From Auanema rhodensis (lineage: Eukaryota > Animalia > Nematoda): a DNA stretch of 64,000 nt. A program made the position numbers and the translations under genes. The stretch covers positions 2,728,001-2,792,000 of the forward strand of contig OZ059898.1 of the NCBI GenBank assembly GCA_964057225.1, read 5' to 3'. Shown piece after piece: positions 1-11,700 of this stretch. Each line of letters opens with the position of its first letter. The stretch's first letter is position 1. Under the pieces are notes generated by a model that was not told where the DNA came from, did no database searches, and saw only the letters and a list, made by a program, of their open reading frames with translations.

Positions 1-53
1 CGATCTGTGTTATCAGATTTGCGCTAGCTTAAAAATGCACCGAGATATCAACT

Positions 54-75
54 GATATAAGTTCACACTTATATC
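54..75. repeat. Perfect 9-bp inverted repeat with 4-nt loop (nearly every monomer)
   Basis: GATATAAGT-TCAC-ACTTATATC. Confidence 0.95.
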
Positions 76-177
76 CTCGATTTTCACCCTGAAGAATTAA
101 TTTTTTTGTTGAATAACATTGTCCATCGTCTTTGCCTTGAAAAATGGAATCTAAAAACATCTACTTTTTGCTAAATT

Positions 178-212
178 ATTTTGAAATTTTTCGAAAAAAT
201 TTTTGTCAAAAT
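178..212. repeat. A/T-rich dyad region containing the 12-bp palindrome TTTTTCGAAAAA (most monomers)
   Basis: ATTTTGA (178-184) pairs with TCAAAAT (206-212). TTTTTCGAAAAA at 187-198 overlaps AAAAATTTTT at 195-204. Confidence 0.8.
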
Positions 213-225
213 GTTTTTGGAAGCA

Positions 226-253
226 ATGTTGAGTGTACATGGAAACTCAACAT
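226..253. repeat. 28-bp imperfect palindrome centred on CATG (nearly every monomer)
   Basis: ATGTTGAGT-GTACATGGAA-ACTCAACAT: 9-bp perfect arms, and 3 of the 5 inner pairs are also complementary. Confidence 0.95.
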
Positions 254-336
254 ACACTAATGCATCATTTTTCAAACGATCATAACTAATTTTTGTATTA
301 AGCTTTTCTCAATGTAGTATAGTGCATACGATGCGG

Positions 337-387
337 ATTTTTAAGCTGCGTCGATCTGTGTTATCAGATTTGCGCTAGCTTAAAAAT
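337..387. repeat. Long imperfect inverted repeat (hairpin) spanning each monomer junction
   Basis: ATTTTTAAGCT GCG TCG ATCTG -TGTTAT- CAGAT TTG CGC T AGCTTAAAAAT: 11 bp perfect, 1-nt bulge, 3 bp, T.G / C-T / G.T, 5 bp, 6-nt loop. Confidence 0.93.
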
Positions 388-3300
388 GCACCGAGATATC
401 AACTGATATAAGTTCACACTTATATCCTCGATTTTCACCCTGAAGAATTAACTTTTTCGTTGAATAACATTGTCTATCGTCTTTGCCTTGAAAAATGGAA
501 TCTAAAAACATCTACTTTTTGCTAAATTATTCTGAAATTTTTCGAAAAAATTTTTGTCAAAATGTTTTTGGAAGCAATGTTGAGTGTACATGGAAACTCA
601 ACATACACTAATGCATCATTTTTCAAACAATCATAACTAATTTTTGTATTAAGCTTTTCTCGATGTAGTATAGTGCATTCGTTGCGGATTTTTAAGCTGC
701 GTCGATCTGTGTTATCAGATTTGCGCTAGCTTAAAAATGCACCGAGATATCAACTGATATAAGTTCACACTTATATCCTCGATTTTCACCCTGAAGAATT
801 AACTTTTTCGTTGAATAACATTGTCTATCGTCTTTGCCTTGAAAAATGGAATCTAAAAACATCTACTTTTTGGTAAATTATTTTGAAATTTTTCGAAAAA
901 ATTTTTGTCAAAATGTTTTTGGAAGCAATGTTGAGTGTACATGGAAACTCAACATACACTAATGCATCATTTTTCAAACGATCATAACTAATTTTTGTAT
1001 TAAGCTTTTCTCAATGTAGTATAGTGCATACGATGCGGATTTTTAAGCTGCGTCGATCTGTGTTATCAGATTTGCGCTAGCTTAAAAATGCACCGAGATA
1101 TCAACTGATATAAGTTCACACTTATATCCTCGATTTTCATCCTGAAGAATTAATTTTTTCGTTGAATAACATTGTCCATCGTCTTTGCCTTGAAAAATGG
1201 AATCTAAAAACATCTACTTTTTGCTAAATTATTTTGAAATTTTTCGAAAAAATTTTTGTCAAAATGTTTTTGGAAGCAATGTTGAGTGTACATGGAAACT
1301 CAACATACACTAATGCATCATTTTTCAAACGATCATAACTAATTTTTGTATTAAGCTTTTCTCAATGTAGTATAGTGCATACGATGCGGATTTTTAAGCT
1401 GCGTCGATCTGTGTTATCAGATTTGCGCTAGCTTAAAAATGCACCGAGATATCAACTGATATAAGTTCACACTTATATCCTCGATTTTCACCCTGAAGAA
1501 TTAACTTTTTCGTTGAATAACATTGTCTATCGTCTTTGCCTTGAAAAATGGAATCTAAAAACATCTACTTTTTGCTAAATTATTCTGAAATTTTTCGAAA
1601 AAATTTTTGTCAAAATGTTTTTGGAAGCAATGTTGAGTGTACATGGAAACTCAACATACACTAATGCATCATTTTTCAAACAATCATAACTAATTTTTGT
1701 ATTAAGCTTTTCTCAATGTAGTATAGTGCATTCGTTGCGGATTTTTAAGCTGCGTCGATCTGTGTTATCAGATTTGCGCTAGCTTAAAAATGCACCGAGA
1801 TATCAACTGATATAAGTTCACACTTATATCCTCGATTTTCACCCTGAAGAATTAACTTTTTCGTTGAATAACATTGTCTATCGTCTTTGCCTTGAAAAAT
1901 GGAATCTAAAAACATCTACTTTTTGGTAAATTATTTTGAAATTTTTCGAAAAAATTTTTGTCAAAATGTTTTTGGAAGCAATGTTGAGTGTACATGGAAA
2001 CTCAACATACACTAATGCATCATTTTTCAAACGATCATAACTAATTTTTGTATTAAGCTTTTCTCAATGTAGTATAGTGCATTCGATGCGGATTTTTAAG
2101 CTGCGTCGATCTGTGTTATCAGATTTGCGCTAGCTTAAAAATGCACCGAGATATCAACTGATATAAGTTCACACTTATATCCTCGATTTTCACCCTGAAG
2201 AATTAATTTTTTCGTTGAATAACATTGTCCATCGTCTTTGCCTTGAAAAATGGAATCTTAAAACATCTACTTTTTTCTAAATTATTTTGAAATTTTTCGA
2301 AAAAATTTTTGTCAAAATGTTTTTGGAAGCAATGTTGAGTGTACATGGAAACTCAACATACACTAATGCATCATTTTTCAAACGATCATAACTAATTTTT
2401 GTATCAAGTGTTTCTCAATGTAATATAGTGCATTCGATGCGGATTTTTAAGCTGCGTCGATCTGTGTTATCAGATTTGCGCTAGCTTAAAAATGCACCGA
2501 GATATCAACTGATATAAGTTCACACTTATATCCTCGATTTTCACCCTGAAGAATTAATTTTTTCGTTGAATAACATTGTCCATCGTCTTTGCCTTGAAAA
2601 ATGGAATCTAAAAACATCTACTTTTTGCTAAATTATTTTGAAATTTTTCGAAACAATTTTTGTCAAAATGTTTTTGGAAGCAATGTTGAGTGTACATGGA
2701 AACTCAACATACACTAATGCATCATTTTTCAAACGGTCATAACTAATTTTTGTATCAAGCGTTTCTTAATGTAGTATAGTGCATTCGATCCGGATTTTTA
2801 AGCTGCGTCGATCTGTGTTATCAGATTTGCGCTAGCTTAAAAATGCACCGAGATATCAACTGATATAAGTTCACACTTATATCCTCGATTTTCACCCTGA
2901 AGAATTAATTTTTTTTGTTGAATAACATTGTCCATCGTCTTTGCCTTGAAAAATGGAATCTAAAAACATCTACTTTTTGCTAAATTATTTTGAAATTTTT
3001 CGAAAAAATTTTTGTCAAAATGTTTTTGGAAGCAATGTTGAGTGTACATGGAAACTCAACATACACTAATGCATCATTTTTCAAACGATCATAACTAATT
3101 TTTGTATTAAGCTTTTCTCAATGTAGTATAGTGCATACGATGCGGATTTTTAAGCTGCGTCGATCTGTGTTATCAGATTTGCGCTAGCTTAAAAATGCAC
3201 CGAGATATCAACTGATATAAGTTCACACTTATATCCTCGATTTTCACCCTGAAGAATTAACTTTTTCGTTGAATAACATTGTCTATCGTCTTTGCCTTGA

Positions 3301-6300
3301 AAAATGGAATCTAAAAACATCTACTTTTTGCTAAATTATTCTGAAATTTTTCGAAAAAATTTTTGTCAAAATGTTTTTGGAAGCAATGTTGAGTGTACAT
3401 GGAAACTCAACATACACTAATGCATCATTTTTCAAACAATCATAACTAATTTTTGTATTAAGCTTTTCTCAATGTAGTATAGTGCATTCGTTGCGGATTT
3501 TTAAGCTGCGTCGATCTGTGTTATCAGATTTGCGCTAGCTTAAAAATGCACCGAGATATCAACTGATATAAGTTCACACTTATATCCTCGATTTTCACCC
3601 TGAAGAATTAACTTTTTCGTTGAATAACATTGTCTATCGTCTTTGCCTTGAAAAATGGAATCTAAAAACATCTACTTTTTGGTAAATTATTTTGAAATTT
3701 TTCGAAAAAATTTTTGTCAAAATGTTTTTGGAAGCAATGTTGAGTGTACATGGAAACTCAACATACACTAATGCATCATTTTTCAAACAATCATAACTAA
3801 TTTTTGTATTAAGCTTTTCTCAATGTAGTATAGTGCATTCGTTGCGGATTTTTAAGCTGCGTCGATCTGTGTTATCAGATTTGCGCTAGCTTAAAAATGC
3901 ACCGAGATATCAACTGATATAAGTTCACACTTATATCCTCGATTTTCACCCTGAAGAATTAACTTTTTCGTTGAATAACATTGTCTATCGTCTTTGCCTT
4001 GAAAAATGGAATCTAAAAACATCTACTTTTTGGTAAATTATTTTGAAATTTTTCGAAAAAATTTTTGTCAAAATGTTTTTGGAAGCAATGTTGAGTGTAC
4101 ATGGAAACTCAACATACACTAATGCATCATTTTTCAAACGATCATAACTAATTTTTGTATTAAGCTTTTCTCAATGTAGTATAGTGCATACGATGCGGAT
4201 TTTTAAGCTGCGTCGATCTGTGTTATCAGATTTGCGCTAGCTTAAAAATGCACCGAGATATCAACTGATATAAGTTCACACTTATATCCTCGATTTTCAT
4301 CCTGAAGAATTAATTTTTTCGTTGAATAACATTGTCCATCGTCTTTGCCTTGAAAAATGGAATCTAAAAACATCTACTTTTTGCTAAATTATTTTGAAAT
4401 TTTTCGAAAAAATTTTTGTCAAAATGTTTTTGGAAGCAATGTTGAGAGTACATGGAAACTCAACATACACTAATGCATCATTTTTCAAACGATCATAACT
4501 AATTTTTGTATCAAGCGTTTCTTAATGTAGTATAGTGCATTCGTTGCGGATTTTTAAGCTGCGTCGATCTGTGTTATCAGATTTGCGCTAGCTTAAAAAT
4601 GCACCGAGATATCAACTGATATAAGTTCACACTTATATCCTCGATTTTCACCCTGAAGAATTAACTTTTTCGTTGAATAACATTGTCTATCGTCTTTGCC
4701 TTGAAAAATGAAATCTAAAAACATCTACTTTTTGCTAAATTATTTTGAAATTTTTCGAAAAAATTTTTGTCAAAATGTTTTTGGAAGCAATGTTGAGTGT
4801 ACATGGAAACTCAACATACACTAATGCATCATTTTTCAAACAATCATAACTAATTTTTGTATTAAGCTTTTCTCAATGTAGTATAGTGCATTCGTTGCGG
4901 ATTTTTAAGCTGCGTCGATCTGTGTTATCAGATTTGCGCTAGCTTAAAAATGCACCGAGATATCAACTGATATAAGTTCACACTTATATCCTCGATTTTC
5001 ACCCTGAAGAATTAACTTTTTCGTTGAATAACATTGTCTATCGTCTTTGCCTTGAAAAATGGAATCTAAAAACATCTACTTTTTGGTAAATTATTTTGAA
5101 ATTTTTCGAAAAAATTTTTGTCAAAATGTTTTTGGAAGCAATGTTGAGTGTACATGGAAACTCAACATACACTAATGCATCATTTTTCAAACGATCATAA
5201 CTAATTTTTGTATTAAGCTTTTCTCAATGTAGTATAGTGCATACGATGCGGATTTTTAAGCTGCGTCGATCTGTGTTATCAGATTTGCGCTAGCTTAAAA
5301 ACGCACCGAGATATCAACTGATATAAGTTCACACTTATATCCTCGATTTTCATCCTGAAGAATTAATTTTTTCGTTGAATAACATTGTCCATCGTCTTTG
5401 CCTTGAAAAATGGAATCTAAAAACATCTACTTTTTGCTAAATTATTTTGAAATTTTTCGAAAAAATTTTTGTCAAAATGTTTTTGGAAGCAATGTTGAGT
5501 GTACATGGAAACTCAACATACACTAATGCATCATTTTTCAAACGATCATAACTAATTTTTGTATTAAGCTTTTCTCAATGTAGTATAGTGCATACGATGC
5601 GGATTTTTAAGCTGCGTCGATCTGTGTTATCAGATTTGCGCTAGCTTAAAAATGCACCGAGATATCAACTGATATAAGTTCACACTTATATCCTCGATTT
5701 TCACCCTGAAGAATTAACTTTTTCGTTGAATAACATTGTCTATCGTCTTTGCCTTGAAAAATGGAATCTAAAAACATCTACTTTTTGGTAAATTATTTTG
5801 AAATTTTTCGAAAAAATTTTTGTCAAAATGTTTTTGGAAGCAATGTTGAGTGTACATGGAAACTCAACATACACTAATGCATCATTTTTCAAACGATCAT
5901 AACTAATTTTTGTATTAAGCTTTTCTCAATGTAGTATAGTGCATTCGATGCGGATTTTTAAGCTGCGTCGATCTGTGTTATCAGATTTGCGCTAGCTTAA
6001 AAATGCACCGAGATATCAACTGATATAAGTTCACACTTATATCCTCGATTTTCACCCTGAAGAATTAATTTTTTCGTTGAATAACATTGTCCATCGTCTT
6101 TGCCTTGAAAAATGGAATCTTAAAACATCTACTTTTTTCTAAATTATTTTGAAATTTTTCGAAAAAATTTTTGTCAAAATGTTTTTGGAAGCAATGTTGA
6201 GTGTACATGGAAACTCAACATACACTAATGCATCATTTTTCAAACGATCATAACTAATTTTTGTATCAAGTGTTTCTCAATGTAATATAGTGCATTCGAT

Positions 6301-8776
6301 GCGGATTTTTAAGCTGCGTCGATCTGTGTTATCAGATTTGCGCTAGCTTAAAAATGCACCGAGATATCAACTGATATAAGTTCACACTTATATCCTCGAT
6401 TTTCACCCTGAAGAATTAATTTTTTCGTTGAATAACATTGTCCATCGTCTTTGCCTTGAAAAATGGAATCTAAAAACATCTACTTTTTGCTAAATTATTT
6501 TGAAATTTTTCGAAACAATTTTTGTCAAAATGTTTTTGGAAGCAATGTTGAGTGTACATGGAAACTCAACATACACTAATGCATCATTTTTCAAACGGTC
6601 ATAACTAATTTTTGTATCAAGCGTTTCTTAATGTAGTATAGTGCATTCGATCCGGATTTTTAAGCTGCGTCGATCTGTGTTATCAGATTTGCGCTAGCTT
6701 AAAAATGCACCGAGATATCAACTGATATAAGTTCACACTTATATCCTCGATTTTCACCCTGAAGAATTAATTTTTTTGTTGAATAACATTGTCCATCGTC
6801 TTTGCCTTGAAAAATGGAATCTAAAAACATCTACTTTTTGCTAAATTATTTTGAAATTTTTCGAAAAAATTTTTGTCAAAATGTTTTTGGAAGCAATGTT
6901 GAGTGTACATGGAAACTCAACATACACTAATGCATCATTTTTCAAACGATCATAACTAATTTTTGTATTAAGCTTTTCTCAATGTAGTATAGTGCATACG
7001 ATGCGGATTTTTAAGCTGCGTCGATCTGTGTTATCAGATTTGCGCTAGCTTAAAAATGCACCGAGATATCAACTGATATAAGTTCACACTTATATCCTCG
7101 ATTTTCACCCTGAAGAATTAACTTTTTCGTTGAATAACATTGTCTATCGTCTTTGCCTTGAAAAATGGAATCTAAAAACATCTACTTTTTGCTAAATTAT
7201 TCTGAAATTTTTCGAAAAAATTTTTGTCAAAATGTTTTTGGAAGCAATGTTGAGTGTACATGGAAACTCAACATACACTAATGCATCATTTTTCAAACAA
7301 TCATAACTAATTTTTGTATTAAGCTTTTCTCGATGTAGTATAGTGCATTCGTTGCGGATTTTTAAGCTGCGTCGATCTGTGTTATCAGATTTGCGCTAGC
7401 TTAAAAATGCACCGAGATATCAACTGATATAAGTTCACACTTATATCCTCGATTTTCACCCTGAAGAATTAACTTTTTCGTTGAATAACATTGTCTATCG
7501 TCTTTGCCTTGAAAAATGGAATCTAAAAACATCTACTTTTTGGTAAATTATTTTGAAATTTTTCGAAAAAATTTTTGTCAAAATGTTTTTGGAAGCAATG
7601 TTGAGTGTACATGGAAACTCAACATACACTAATGCATCATTTTTCAAACGATCATAACTAATTTTTGTATTAAGCTTTTCTCAATGTAGTATAGTGCATA
7701 CGATGCGGATTTTTAAGCTGCGTCGATCTGTGTTATCAGATTTGCGCTAGCTTAAAAATGCACCGAGATATCAACTGATATAAGTTCACACTTATATCCT
7801 CGATTTTCATCCTGAAGAATTAACTTTTTCGTTGAATAACATTGTCTATCGTCTTTGCCTTGAAAAATGGAATCTAAAAACATCTACTTTTTGGTAAATT
7901 ATTTTGAAATTTTTCGAAAAAATTTTTGTCAAAATGTTTTTGGAAGCAATGTTGAGTGTACATGGAAACTCAACATACACTAATGCATCATTTTTCAAAC
8001 GGTCATAACTAATTTTTGTATCAAGCGTTTCTTAATGTAGTATAGTGCATTCGATCCGGATTTTTAAGCTGCGTCGATCTGTGTTATCAGATTTGCGCTA
8101 GCTTAAAAATGCACCGAGATATCAACTGATATAAGTTCACACTTATATCCTCGATTTTCACCCTGAAGAATTAACTTTTTCGTTGAATAACATTGTCTAT
8201 CGTCTTTGCCTTGAAAAATGGAATCTAAAAACATCTACTTTTTGGTAAATTATTTTGAAATTTTTCGAAAAAATTTTTGTCAAAATGTTTTTGGAAGCAA
8301 TGTTGAGTGTACATGGAAACTCAACATACACTAATGCATCATTTTTCAAACAATCATAACTAATTTTTGTATTAAGCTTTTCTCAATGTAGTATAGTGCA
8401 TTCGTTGCGGATTTTTAAGCTGCGTCGATCTGTGTTATCAGATTTGCGCTAGCTTAAAAATGCACCGAGATATCAACTGATATAAGTTCACACTTATATC
8501 CTCGATTTTCACCCTGAAGAATTAACTTTTTCGTTGAATAACATTGTCTATCGTCTTTGCCTTGAAAAATGGAATCTAAAAACATCTACTTTTTGGTAAA
8601 TTATTTTGAAATTTTTCGAAAAAATTTTTGTCAAAATGTTTTTGGAAGCAATGTTGAGTGTACATGGAAACTCAACATACACTAATGCATCATTTTTCAA
8701 ACGATCATAACTAATTTTTGTATCAAGTGTTTCTCAATGTAATATAGTGCATTCGATGCGGATTTTTAAGCTGCGT

Positions 8777-11700
8777 CGATCTGTGTTATCAGATTTGCGC
8801 TAGCTTAAAAATGCACCGAGATATCAACTGATATAAGTTCACACTTATATCCTCGATTTTCACCCTGAAGAATTAATTTTTTCGTTGAATAACATTGTCC
8901 ATCGTCTTTGCCTTGAAAAATGGAATCTTAAAACATCTAATTTGTGCTAAATTATTTTGAAATTTTTCGAAAAAATTTTTGTCAAAATGTTTTTGGAAGC
9001 AATGTTGAGTGTACATGGAAACTCAACATACACTAATGCATCATTTTTCAAACGATCATAACTAATTTTTGTATCAAGTGTTTTTCAATGTAGTATAGTG
9101 CATTCGATGCGGATTTTCAAGCTGCGTCGATCTGTGTTATCAGATTTGCGCTAGCTTAAAAATGCACCGAGATATCAACTGATATAAGTTCACACTTATA
9201 TCCTCGATTTTCATCCTGAAGAATTAATTTTTTCGTTGAATAACATTGTCCATCGTCTTTGCCTTGAAAAATGGAATCTAAAAACATCTACTTTTTGCTA
9301 AATTATTTTGAAATTTTTCGAAAAAATTTTTGTCAAAATGTTTTTGGAAGCAATGTTGAGTGTACATGGAAACTCAACATACACTAATGCATCATTTTTC
9401 AAACGATCATAACTAATTTTTGTATCAAGTGTTTCTCAATGTAATATAGTGCATTCGATGCGGATTTTTAAGCTGCGTCGATCTGTGTTATCAGATTTGC
9501 GCTAGCTTAAAAATGCACCGAGATATCAACTGATATAAGTTCACACTTATATCCTCGATTTTCACCCTGAAGAATTAATTTTTTCGTTGAATAACATTGT
9601 CCATCGTCTTTGCCTTGAAAAATGGAATCTTAAAACATCTAATTTTTGCTAAATTATTTTGAAATTTTTCGAAAAAATTTTTGTCAAAATGTTTTTGGAA
9701 GCAATGTTGAGTGTACATGGAAACTCAACATACACTAATGCATCATTTTTCAAACGATCATAACTAATTTTTGTATCAAGTGTTTCTCAATGTAATATAG
9801 TGCATTCGATGCGGATTTTTAAGCTGCGTCGATCTGTGTTATCAGATTTGCGCTAGCTTAAAAATGCACCGAGATATCAACTGATATAAGTTCACACTTA
9901 TATCCTCGATTTTCACCCTGAAGAATTAATTTTTTCGTCGAATAACATTGTCCATCGTCTTTGCCTTGAAAAATGGAATCTAAAAACATCTACTTTTTGC
10001 TAAATTATTTTGAAATTTTTCGAAAAAATTTTTGTCAAAATGTTTTTGGAAGCAATGTTGAGTGTACATGGAAACTCAACATACACTAATGCATCATTTT
10101 TCTAACGATCATAACTAATTTTTGTATTAAGCTTTTCTCAATGTAGTATAGTGCATTCGATGCGGATTTTTAAGCTGCGTCGATCTGTGTTATCAGATTT
10201 GCGCTAGCTTAAAAATGCACCGAGATATCAACTGATATAAGTTCACACTTATATCCTCGATTTTCACCCTGAAGAATTAATTTTTTCGTTAAATAACATT
10301 GTCCATCGTCTTTGCCTTGAAAAATGGAATCTTAAAACATCTAATTTTTGCTAAATTATTTTGAAATTTTTCGAAAAAATTTTTGTCAAAATGTTTTTGG
10401 AAGCAATGTTGAGTGTACATGGAAACTCAACATACACTAATGCATCATTTTTCAAACGATCATAACTAATTTTTGTATCAAGTCTTTCTCAATGTAATAT
10501 AGTGCATTCGATGCGGATTTTTAAGCTGCGTCGATCTGTGTTATCAGATTTGCGCTAGCTTAAAAATGCACCGAGATATCAACTGATATAAGTTCACACT
10601 TATATCCTCGATTTTCACCCTGAAGAATTAATTTTTTCGTTGAATAACATTGTCCATCGTCTTTGCCTTGAAAAATGGAATCTAAAAACATCTACTTTTT
10701 GCTAAATTATTTTGAAATTTTTCGAAAAAATTTTTGTCAAAATGTTTTTGGAAGCAATGTTGAGTGTACATGGAAACTCAACATACACTAATGCATCATT
10801 TTTCAAACGATCATAACTAATTTTTGTATCAAGCGTTTTTCAATGTAGTATAGTGCATTCGATGCGGATTTTTAAGCTGCGTCGATCTGTGTTATCAGAT
10901 TTGCGCTAGCTTAAAAATGCACCGAGATATCAACTGATATAAGTTCACACTTATATCCTCGATTTTCACCCTGAAGAAATAATTTTTTCGTTGAATATTA
11001 TTGTCCATCGTCTTTGCCTTGAAAAATGGAATCTTGAAACATCTACTTTTTGCTAAATTATTTTGAAATTTTTCGAAAAAATTTTTGTCAAAATGTTTTT
11101 GGAAGCAATGTTGAGTGTACATGGAAACTCAACATACACTAATGCATCATTTTTCAAACGATCATAACTAATTTTTGTATCAAGTGTCTCTCAATGTAAT
11201 ATAGTGCATTCGATGCGGATTTTTAAGCTGCGTCGATCTGTGTTATCAGATTTGCGCTAGCTTAAAAATGCACCGAGATATCAACTGATATAAGTTCACA
11301 CTTATATCCTCGATTTTCACCCTGAAGAATTAATTTTTTCGTTAAATAACATTGTCCATCGTCTTTGCCTTGAAAAATGGAATCTTAAAACATCTAATTT
11401 TTGCTAAATTATTTTGAAATTTTTCGAAAAAATTTTTGTCAAAATGTTTTTGGAAGCAATGTTGAGTGTACATGGAAACTCAACATACACTAATGCATCA
11501 TTTTTCAAACGATCATAACTAATTTTTGTATCAAGTGTTTCTCAATGTAATATAGTGCATTCGATGCGGATTTTTAAGCTGCGTCGATCTGTGTTATCAG
11601 ATTTGCGCTAGCTTAAAAATGCACCGAGATATCAACTGATATAAGTTCACACTTATATCCTCGATTTTCACCCTGAAGAATTAATTTTTTCGTTGAATAA

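Larger units (their letters stand above)
1..351 (+). repeat. Representative satellite monomer (351 bp, ~31% GC, rich in A/T tracts)
   Basis: Hand count gives 108 G+C in 351. Next copy starts at 352. Single NheI (23-28), EcoRV (44-49), BstBI (190-195), BsrGI (234-239) and NsiI (260-265) sites per typical monomer. HindIII (300-305) and BspEI sites are variant-specific. Confidence 0.98.
1..8776 (+). repeat. Satellite sub-domain 1 (monomers 1-25), marked by CATACG (pos 328A) and TTCGTTGCGG (pos 331T) variants
   Basis: Both variants are frequent here (last seen at 7700 and 8405) and were not seen downstream. Confidence 0.8.

Noticed and set aside
54-90. Rho-independent terminator or integron attC site
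   Set aside because: The stems are AT-rich, there are no associated genes or cassettes, and the context is a eukaryotic-type satellite.
140-218. Phased A-tract intrinsic curvature
   Set aside because: Many A/T tracts are present, but spacing is irregular (about 6-14 bp), so curvature cannot be claimed without modelling or gel-mobility data.
324-342. CENP-B box-like motif around CATTCGATGCGGATTT
   Set aside because: It contains TTCG and CGG, but the spacing does not match TTCGnnnnAnnCGGG.
1-351. Direct internal dimer (2 x ~175 bp) structure
   Set aside because: No convincing same-strand similarity between the halves by eye. Only a weak inverted similarity was noticed, reported as a finding.
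1-351. Identification as Drosophila 359-bp (1.688) or a named Tribolium/Pimelia satellite
   Set aside because: Size and AT content are similar, but the sequence does not match the 1.688 consensus as I recall it, and I cannot verify the others without a search.
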